DNA of 24,000 bases from Candidatus Woesearchaeota archaeon. Lineage in GTDB: Archaea; Nanobdellota; Nanobdellia; Woesearchaeales; ARS49. Under the pieces are notes generated by a model. The model ran no database searches. It saw only the letters and a program-made list of their open reading frames with translations, and was not told the DNA's origin. Location: positions 411,000 to 434,999 of the forward strand of contig JAHWHZ010000001.1 of the NCBI GenBank assembly GCA_019322895.1, in the 5' to 3' direction. Within the stretch, counting starts at the first letter, position 1, and each line of letters starts with the position of its first letter. This document shows positions 5,128 to 11,341 of the stretch, piece by piece. The translations under genes were made by a program, and so were the position numbers.

Positions 5128-6474
5128 ATGGCAATTGAAATAAAAGCAGTTGGCGGTTATGCTGAAGTCGGCAAGAACATGACTGCCATAAAAGTAGACG
5201 ATGAAGTGGTTGTAATAGACATGGGCATTCATCTTCCGCATTACATCAAGATAACTGAAGAAGAAGGAGAGACTGTTGTAAAGCTCAAGGCAAGTGACTT
5301 GATAAAAGCAAGAGCTATCCCTAATGACGAGATTATCAAGGAATGGAAAGACAAAGTAAAAGCAATCATTCCGACGCACGCCCACCTGGATCATGTTGGT
5401 GCTATTCCTTACCTGGCTGGAAAATACAAGAATGCCCAGGTTATCTGCACTCCTTTCACTGGAGCTGTATTAAGAGCGATTCTTAAGGATGAAAAAATCA
5501 AGATTCCTAATAAGATAAAGGCAATCAATCCTAATTCAAAGATAAAGATATCTGGCAAGCTGACAGTAGAGCTTGTTAATGTGACACACTCAACACCGCA
5601 GGCTTCAATTGTCGTGATTCACACGCCTTATGGCGCAGTCGTGTATGCCGCTGATTTTAAATTAGATAATTCTCCTACTTTAGGAACAAAGCCGAACTAT
5701 GCTGCTTTAGAGCGGATAGGCAAGAAAGGTGTTGTAGCTGCAATCATTAATTCATTGTATGCTGCTTATGACGGCAAATGCCCTTCTGAGAATGTTGCTA
5801 AAGAGATGCTGAGAGGGGTTATGCTTGATGTTGATTCAAGAGGCAAGGCAATCATTGCAACAACATTCTCTTCTCATATCGCAAGACTGAAATCCATCTG
5901 CGCTTTTGGAAAAAAACTGAACAGAAAGATTGTTTTTTTAGGACGTTCTCTGGCAAAATACATTAATGCTGCTTCAGAAGCAAATATCGCTCATTTACAA
6001 AAAGAAGGCGAGGTATGCAGATTTGCAAAACAGATTGCCAGGAAACTGAAGGCAGTGCAGAAAGACGGGCCTGAAAAATATTTATTAGTCGTTACAGGCC
6101 ACCAAGGCGAGCCAAAAGCAACCTTGTCAAAAATGTCTACAGGCATTTATCCTTTCATGTTTGAGGATGAGGATGAGATCATCTTTTCCTGCAATGTCAT
6201 TCCAACACCCATCAATAGGGCGTATAGGGAGATTCTAGAAGACCATCTCAAGGCAAAGGGTGCAAGGATTTTCAAGGGAGCGCATGTCTCTGGCCACGGC
6301 AGGAAAGAGGATATGCGGGATCTTATAAAGCTCTTAAAGCCAAAGCACATAATCCCTGTGCACTCTGAAAAGCCTGCAATGGATGCTTTCACAGAACTAG
6401 GCATAAAAATGGGCTATACCGAGGGCAAGACAGCTCACCAGCTTTTAAATGGCCAGTCCCTGCATCTGGAATAA
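5128..6474 (+). CDS. rnj: Archaeal RNase J (beta-CASP metallo-beta-lactamase ribonuclease)
   Basis: N-terminus IEIKAVGGYAEVGKNMTAIKVDDEVVVIDMG and metallo-beta-lactamase motif THAHLDHVG. 448 aa with no KH domains, which fits aRNase J rather than aCPSF1. Confidence 0.8.
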   Translation: MAIEIKAVGGYAEVGKNMTAIKVDDEVVVIDMGIHLPHYIKITEEEGETVVKLKASDLIKARAIPNDEIIKEWKDKVKAIIPTHAHLDHVGAIPYLAGKYKNAQVICTPFTGAVLRAILKDEKIKIPNKIKAINPNSKIKISGKLTVELVNVTHSTPQASIVVIHTPYGAVVYAADFKLDNSPTLGTKPNYAALERIGKKGVVAAIINSLYAAYDGKCPSENVAKEMLRGVMLDVDSRGKAIIATTFSSHIARLKSICAFGKKLNRKIVFLGRSLAKYINAASEANIAHLQKEGEVCRFAKQIARKLKAVQKDGPEKYLLVVTGHQGEPKATLSKMSTGIYPFMFEDEDEIIFSCNVIPTPINRAYREILEDHLKAKGARIFKGAHVSGHGRKEDMRDLIKLLKPKHIIPVHSEKPAMDAFTELGIKMGYTEGKTAHQLLNGQSLHLE

Positions 6475-6535
6475 CCATTGCAAAATAACAAAATATTTAT
6501 ATTAGCAAACACTTCTGCTTTTCAGGGGGTATAAA

Positions 6536-7282
6536 ATGAAGTTAACAATAGCAGATTCCACTTATCTTAAGGACAGCATTACAGTTATTTCTGAGCTAGT
6601 GCACGAAGCAAGATTCAAGCTGAATAAAGACGGTATTGAGCTTATTGCAATGGATCCTGCTAATGTGGCTATGGTTGTTTTCAAGCTTCTTTCAAGCGCT
6701 TTTACAGAGTATGAGATTGAAAAAGAGACAGAGATTGCTATAAATCTGGCTAATTTCAAGCAAATATTGCGAAGAGCAAAGGCAAATGACATATTATCAT
6801 TAGAATTGACATCTGAGAACAAGCTCAAGATTACCTTGAAAGGCAAATCTGTCAGGACCTTCAGTCTTCCTTTGATTGAAATAGAGGAGTCTGAGCAAAA
6901 AGTCCCTAACCTGTCTTTTCCTGTAATAATCTCAACTGCATCAAATGTCTTGAATGACGCGATTGATGATGCAGATATTGTGGCAGAATCAGTCACATTC
7001 AGTGCAGAGCCAGAAAAGATGATGGTGAGTGCAGAAGGCGACTTGTCAAAGGCGAGCATTGACATTCCTGCAGATGACTTGACAAAAATAAACTCAGACA
7101 CCAAGGCATCTGTCAAGGCAAAATACTCAATTGAATATTTGAAAAAGATGATCCAGGGAGCCAAGCTGGCAAATGATGTGACTATTCACTTCAGCCAGGA
7201 TTATCCGTTAAAACTAGAATACAAGGTAGTAGATAAGGTTTTGCTGAGCTTTATTCTTGCTCCAAGAGTTGAGAATGACTGA
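6536..7282 (+). CDS. pcn: DNA polymerase sliding clamp PCNA
   Basis: 248 aa with typical archaeal PCNA layout and sequence (ISELVHEARFKLNKDGIELIAMDPANVAMVVFKL...; KYSIEYLKKM; LLSFILAPRVE). TATA TTTATATT at 6496-6503 and GGGGGT 6 nt before the ATG. Confidence 0.9.
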   Translation: MKLTIADSTYLKDSITVISELVHEARFKLNKDGIELIAMDPANVAMVVFKLLSSAFTEYEIEKETEIAINLANFKQILRRAKANDILSLELTSENKLKITLKGKSVRTFSLPLIEIEESEQKVPNLSFPVIISTASNVLNDAIDDADIVAESVTFSAEPEKMMVSAEGDLSKASIDIPADDLTKINSDTKASVKAKYSIEYLKKMIQGAKLANDVTIHFSQDYPLKLEYKVVDKVLLSFILAPRVEND

Positions 7283-7328
7283 TTTGTAAAGTAAAATTTA
7301 AATACCCTTTCTTTTTTTAAACTAATTA

Positions 7329-8243
7329 ATGAAAAAGAGGTTTTTGTTGGCAATCTTGATTATCTTATCTTATTTATTTATTCCAAGTGTTTTTGCGCAG
7401 GATACAATTCCGATTGCTGTTTATCTTATCAGTATTGATAATTATGACATTGCTACCGGCACTTACAATGCTGATTTCTGGGTTGAATTTCAATGCAAAA
7501 ATTGTTCAATTAATGATTTTGAATTGATTAATGGACGCATCATTGACATGAATAAGATTTTTTTACCTGAAACAAACAGCACTTATTACCGGGTTAATGC
7601 CGCCTTTACCGATACAGTGGAATTACATAGCTTCCCTTTAGATAGTCAGACTGTTACAATCGTTATAGAGCACAGCAAACTCACGTCGGATAAGATAGTT
7701 TTAGTTCCTGATTTAAGCAAAAGCGGCATTGATTCCTTTGTTTATATTCCTGGGTGGCGTATTGACGGATGGCAGGCATTTTCTAGGGACCACTTTTATG
7801 GATTATACGGGCAGTCACATTCAACATATACTTTTGAAGTCAGCCTTACAAGACACAGGGATGCTGCTGTCCTTATCTTGCTTCCTATCTTCTTTGTTGT
7901 GTGTATTATTCTTTTCACTCTTTTGCTGAGCGTTCAAAGGCTTGATTTGCGGGTGGGCATCGTAAGCTCTGCCCTTCTTGCTGCAATAATGTATCATCTT
8001 GCTGTTGGTAGTCATCTGCCGCCTGCTATCGGGTATTTGCTTCTGGTGGACAAGGTGATGCTATTGACTTATTTCATATTGCTTGCAATCTTTATACTTA
8101 ACGTATATCTTCTTTATTTAGTGCATAATAAAAAGATGAAGGCTGCGCAGAAATGGTATTATCGTACAAGATACAGTTGGATTATTATTGCTGCTGCATC
8201 ATATTTGCTTTTATTTATTTTATTTTTCTGGAATTTTGTTTAG
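7329..8243 (+). CDS. Prokaryotic pentameric ligand-gated ion channel homolog (GLIC/ELIC-like, Cys-loop receptor superfamily)
   Basis: Signal peptide, beta-rich ectodomain and 4 TM segments with a short M3-M4 loop. Blocks align to remembered GLIC sequence: PIAVYLISIDNYDIATGTYNADFWVEF; FPLDSQTVTIVIEH (GLIC YPFDSQTLHIYL); IVLVPDLSKSGIDSFVYIPGWRIDGW; M1 LILLPIFFVVCIILFTLLL; M2-M3 HLPPAIGYLLL. Confidence 0.8.
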   Translation: MKKRFLLAILIILSYLFIPSVFAQDTIPIAVYLISIDNYDIATGTYNADFWVEFQCKNCSINDFELINGRIIDMNKIFLPETNSTYYRVNAAFTDTVELHSFPLDSQTVTIVIEHSKLTSDKIVLVPDLSKSGIDSFVYIPGWRIDGWQAFSRDHFYGLYGQSHSTYTFEVSLTRHRDAAVLILLPIFFVVCIILFTLLLSVQRLDLRVGIVSSALLAAIMYHLAVGSHLPPAIGYLLLVDKVMLLTYFILLAIFILNVYLLYLVHNKKMKAAQKWYYRTRYSWIIIAAASYLLLFILFFWNFV

Positions 8244-8245
8244 GG

Positions 8246-8668
8246 TTATTTCTTTCCAAAATAAAATACTTTATCCACAGCAACGTCCTCTGATGTAAAT
8301 CCGCCTTGCTTAGGATGTTCTTTGCTTTCTTCTTTTTGCGGAAACTTCGTTTGAGTCTCTTGTTTTGGCTTTGCAGGCTGCATTGGCTTTTCTGCTTTCA
8401 ATATCTCTATCTCTGCCTGCATTTTTGCGACTTTTTCTTTTAATTCTGTTATTTCTTGTGAAAATTGCCTGTTCTGCCTTTCAAGCATTATCTGGTATTT
8501 GTGGTCAAAACCGTCTTTTGCTGATGATTTTGAAAGCACTTCACCTACTGCCTCATCTCTCACCATATCACCTGCTTTTGAAAAAGCTTCTGCAGTGCTG
8601 TCTGCCATGCCGTGCTTTTGCAGTTCTTTGCTTAATTCATTCATTTTCTTGAGTTTTTCAACATTCAT
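8246..8668 (-). CDS. Hypothetical coiled-coil protein
   Basis: 140-aa ORF with a central heptad region QEITELKEKVAKMQAEIEILKAE, a disordered K/E/Q/P stretch and the C-terminal motif SEDVAVDKVFYFGKK. It starts 11 nt after the upstream ORF's stop, with GGGATGAT just upstream. Confidence 0.55.
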   Translation of the reverse strand: MNVEKLKKMNELSKELQKHGMADSTAEAFSKAGDMVRDEAVGEVLSKSSAKDGFDHKYQIMLERQNRQFSQEITELKEKVAKMQAEIEILKAEKPMQPAKPKQETQTKFPQKEESKEHPKQGGFTSEDVAVDKVFYFGKK

Positions 8669-8679
8669 TTATATCATCC

Positions 8680-8958
8680 CTATTGTTCTAATACTAGATA
8701 TCCTTCTTCATCAACTGAGAATATTCTTTTTTGCTTGACAGGCTTTTCTTCTATCCTTGGCTGCTCGCGGGCGCCTTGGCTCTCTTTAGGTTTTTTGGCT
8801 GCAGGAATCTTTGCTCTTTTAACAGTAGAAAGTCTTAATGCACATTTTTCGCAGTAAATCTTTTTTCCTTCTTTTTTTCCAATACAGTATGGGCAGATCT
8901 GTTTTCCGCACCAATGACAAGCGCCGACAGTATTTCTTCTATGTTTTACGCATCTCAT
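8680..8958 (-). CDS. Zinc-finger protein (B-box-like C-x2-H-x7-C-x2-C-x4-C-x2-C-x11-C-x2-C) with a basic/disordered tail
   Basis: MRCVKHRRNTVGACHWCGKQICPYCIGKKEGKKIYCEKCALRL. TATA GTTTATATATG and AAGGGGA lie upstream on the minus strand. Confidence 0.6.
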   Translation of the reverse strand: MRCVKHRRNTVGACHWCGKQICPYCIGKKEGKKIYCEKCALRLSTVKRAKIPAAKKPKESQGAREQPRIEEKPVKQKRIFSVDEEGYLVLEQ

Positions 8959-9008
8959 ATTTTCCCCTTATGTTTTTTCTAATAAACGCTCATATATAAA
9001 CATTACTA

Positions 9009-9107
9009 TACGGCTGCCGGGAATTGAACCCGGGCCATGACCTCTCTCCGCTTTTCGATATTTAATTTGCGTGGGAGGGTCAGATCATACCATTAGACCA
9101 CAGCCGT
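9009..9107 (-). tRNA. tRNA-Gly (anticodon CCC) with a 28-nt canonical 37/38 intron (9044-9071)
   Basis: Hand fold on the minus strand: acceptor ACGGCTG/CAGCCGT (A1:U72), U8, D arm GTCT-AATGGTA-TGAT, anticodon stem TGACC/GGTCA, loop CUCCCA|intron|A, T arm CCGGG-TTCAATT-CCCGG, discriminator A. BHB: CTCC:GGAG central helix with bulges CAC and AGA. The total of 99 nt equals 71 mature plus 28 intron. Confidence 0.85.
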
Positions 9108-9428
9108 TCAGAAAAAAATCAGTTTCATAAGTACTGTAACAAGTATGCCTATTGCAACTCCTACAAATACTTCTTTTGCAGTATGATGTTTTCTTATGTT
9201 TATTGCGTCATGCACAATTATTGCAGAGAATCCAAGTGTCACAAGGAATATTACTGAGCTGAATCCTTCGGATATTCCGACTGCTGTAGAAAGAGCACTC
9301 ACAAATGCCGCGTGAGAGCTTGGCATTCCTCCTGTCTCAAAAAAAGCTCTTTTCTTTTTAGAAGTAAAAATTTTAATCACTTGGCACAGCAACCAAGCGC
9401 ATAAGACACTAAGAATAATAAATTTCAT
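9108..9428 (-). CDS. Divergent PAP2-family membrane protein (acid phosphatase/vanadium haloperoxidase-related, DUF212-like), compact version
   Basis: Motifs GGMPSSHAAFVSAL and IVHDAINIRK..HHTAKEV in a 3-4 TM protein of 106 aa. The stop codon (9110-9108) directly abuts the tRNA-Gly 5' end. Confidence 0.7.
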   Translation of the reverse strand: MKFIILSVLCAWLLCQVIKIFTSKKKRAFFETGGMPSSHAAFVSALSTAVGISEGFSSVIFLVTLGFSAIIVHDAINIRKHHTAKEVFVGVAIGILVTVLMKLIFF

Positions 9429-9706
9429 GACTGCGGTGTTTCTGCTTCCTCTTCAGCATAGCTTGGCATCGCGGTCTTGGATATTATCATTATATCGCCG
9501 ATTGCTTTTACAAGCTGGTGCGGCACAATCACGCCTTTTGCAGAGCCAAGTATCTTATTCAATATTGAGTTCTTTGATGCCTTTACTCTCCATCCCTGCA
9601 CTTTTGTTGGAGACAGCTGCACTTCTTCTATCTCTCCAAAGTATTCTCCTTGATCAGTAAAGACCTTCATGTCATAGCAATCCGTGATTTTTTTCATTTT
9701 TAACAT
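9425..9706 (-). CDS. PRC-barrel domain protein
   Basis: The ORF track extends to 9772. The preferred start is ATG at 9706 (MLKMKKITDCYDMKVFTDQGEYFGEIEEVQLSPTKVQGWRV...), preceded by AGGAGGGA and by TATA TTTATATATA. It overlaps the downstream gene by 4 nt. Confidence 0.65.
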   Translation of the reverse strand: MLKMKKITDCYDMKVFTDQGEYFGEIEEVQLSPTKVQGWRVKASKNSILNKILGSAKGVIVPHQLVKAIGDIMIISKTAMPSYAEEEAETPQS

Positions 9707-9826
9707 AGCCAATCCCTCCTTTAAGTATGATATTTTCAGAAAACACTTGTATATATAAACTTTTTGGAACACCAGTATCTATTTTTACTCGAAAGCTATT
9801 TAAATACAAGCAATACATACAGCTGT

Positions 9827-10501
9827 ATGAAATACAAGAATCTGGTCATTATTGGAACGTCTCATATTGCAAAGCAGAGCATAAATGAAGTGAAAAAAGT
9901 AATTTCAAAAGAAGAGCCGGACATTGTTGCGCTTGAGCTTGACAAGCAGCGCCTGGCTGCCTTGCTCAGCGAAAAAAAAGAAAAGCCGAAACTCAAGCAT
10001 ATCAAGCATGTCGGCTTCAAAGGCTGGCTTTTTTCTGTAATCGGGGCGTGGGTCGAGAAAAAGCTTGGAGATAAAGTAGGAGTGAGCCCTGGCTCTGACA
10101 TGCTTGCAGCATTCAAGGAAGCAAGGAAAGTCAAGGCTCGTGTTGCATTGATTGACCAGAATATTGAAACAACACTGAGGCATTTTTCAAAAGAATTATC
10201 CTGGAAAGAGAAATGGAATTTCTTTGTTGATATATTAAAAGGAGTCATTTTAAGGAAGTCAGAGATTGGTTTTGATTTAAGCACTGTCCCAACTCAATCA
10301 ACAATTAGCAAACTAATCAAGAAAGTGAAAAAAAGATATCCTAACATCTACAAGGTCCTTATTACTGAGCGTAACGAGGTCATGGCGTCTAATCTCACTC
10401 ATCTTTTGGTGAGATTTCCTGACAAGAATATAGTTGCTATTGTTGGTGCAGGGCATGAAAAAGACATTCTGAATCTTGTAAAGAAGAAATTAAAAGAATA
10501 A
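9827..10501 (+). CDS. TraB/PrgY (pheromone-shutdown-like) family protein
   Basis: LVIIGTSHIAKQSINEVKKVISKEEPDIVALELDKQRLAAL plus C-terminal VAIVGAGHEKDI, the typical TraB family pattern. The preferred start is MKYKN at 9827 rather than the track start at 9764, with TATA TATTTAAATA ~20-30 nt upstream. Confidence 0.75.
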   Translation: MKYKNLVIIGTSHIAKQSINEVKKVISKEEPDIVALELDKQRLAALLSEKKEKPKLKHIKHVGFKGWLFSVIGAWVEKKLGDKVGVSPGSDMLAAFKEARKVKARVALIDQNIETTLRHFSKELSWKEKWNFFVDILKGVILRKSEIGFDLSTVPTQSTISKLIKKVKKRYPNIYKVLITERNEVMASNLTHLLVRFPDKNIVAIVGAGHEKDILNLVKKKLKE

Positions 10502-10535
10502 TATTTATATACTTCATTTATAAATATGATAAATA

Positions 10536-11282
10536 ATGAATTGGCCTGAGTATAAAGACAGATTAAAAAGGTATTTTTGGTTTAACAAAAAAGAGATGCG
10601 CGAATTAGTTCTGCTCATTTTCTTGTTTGCGTTTATTTTCTCTTTTGACAAGTGGGGTGTTGAAAAGTTTGATTTGTTGATGGGCATAAAGAGCCTTGTG
10701 CTTGCCTTGATTATTGTTGCAATATCTGTTTTTATTCATCATGCTGTTCAGCGACTTGCTGCTCTTTATCTCGGCTACAGGCCGGAGAGCAGGATATGGT
10801 GGCTTGGAATCCTTATTGGGATAGTGGTTCTTATTTTTTCAAACGGCAGATTGATGATTTTTGCAGGCAGTTATTTCATGATTCATATGCTTACTGCGCA
10901 GCGTCTTGGAAAGCACAGGTATGGCCCAAGCATCACAAGTCTTGGCTATGTTGCAATGCTTGGCCCTCTTGCTAATGTGCTTTTTGCAGGCCTGCTTAAG
11001 ATGCTTAACTATGGCATTGGTTCTGCATTCTTGGAGAGCATGATTGGCTTTAATTTCATGCTTGCAATATACAATGTGTTGCCTTTTCCTCCTTTAGACG
11101 GCTCTAAAATGTTCTTTGGCTCAAGGCTTGCTTATGCTTTCTTCTTAGGAATGATTGCGAGCTTCCTTGTTCTTGTTTATGTGCTTGGTTTCTCTGTGAT
11201 TGCTTCAATAATCATATCTTTCTTGCTGGGTGCAGTGTGCTGGATTGTATTTTATTTGCTGTATGAAAGGTTTGTATTCTAG
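10536..11282 (+). CDS. Site-2-protease (M50)-like polytopic membrane protein with degenerate HExxH (HHAVQ), probably non-catalytic
   Basis: The M50 motifs GPLANVLFAG and NVLPFPPLDGSKMF are present. The position of HExxH reads FIHHAVQRLAALYLGY (nt 10737-10751). Confidence 0.65.
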   Translation: MNWPEYKDRLKRYFWFNKKEMRELVLLIFLFAFIFSFDKWGVEKFDLLMGIKSLVLALIIVAISVFIHHAVQRLAALYLGYRPESRIWWLGILIGIVVLIFSNGRLMIFAGSYFMIHMLTAQRLGKHRYGPSITSLGYVAMLGPLANVLFAGLLKMLNYGIGSAFLESMIGFNFMLAIYNVLPFPPLDGSKMFFGSRLAYAFFLGMIASFLVLVYVLGFSVIASIIISFLLGAVCWIVFYLLYERFVF

Positions 11283-11299
11283 CACTGGCCACTGGTCAC
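11283..11299 (+). promoter_or_regulatory. Upstream motif CACTGGC-CACTGGTCAC, 11 nt upstream of the hef TATA box
   Basis: CCACTGGTCAC (11289-11299), then an 11-nt spacer, then TTATATAAAT (11311-11320), then ATG at 11342. The same 11-mer with one mismatch, at identical spacing, occurs upstream of the primase gene at 14411-14421. Confidence 0.45.
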
Positions 11300-11341
11300 G
11301 CATGCACAAGTTATATAAATATAATTTATTAGATTTTTATA

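Noticed and set aside
6562-7164. 200-aa minus-strand ORF
   Set aside because: It lies entirely antisense to the confidently identified PCNA gene and has no independent motif support.
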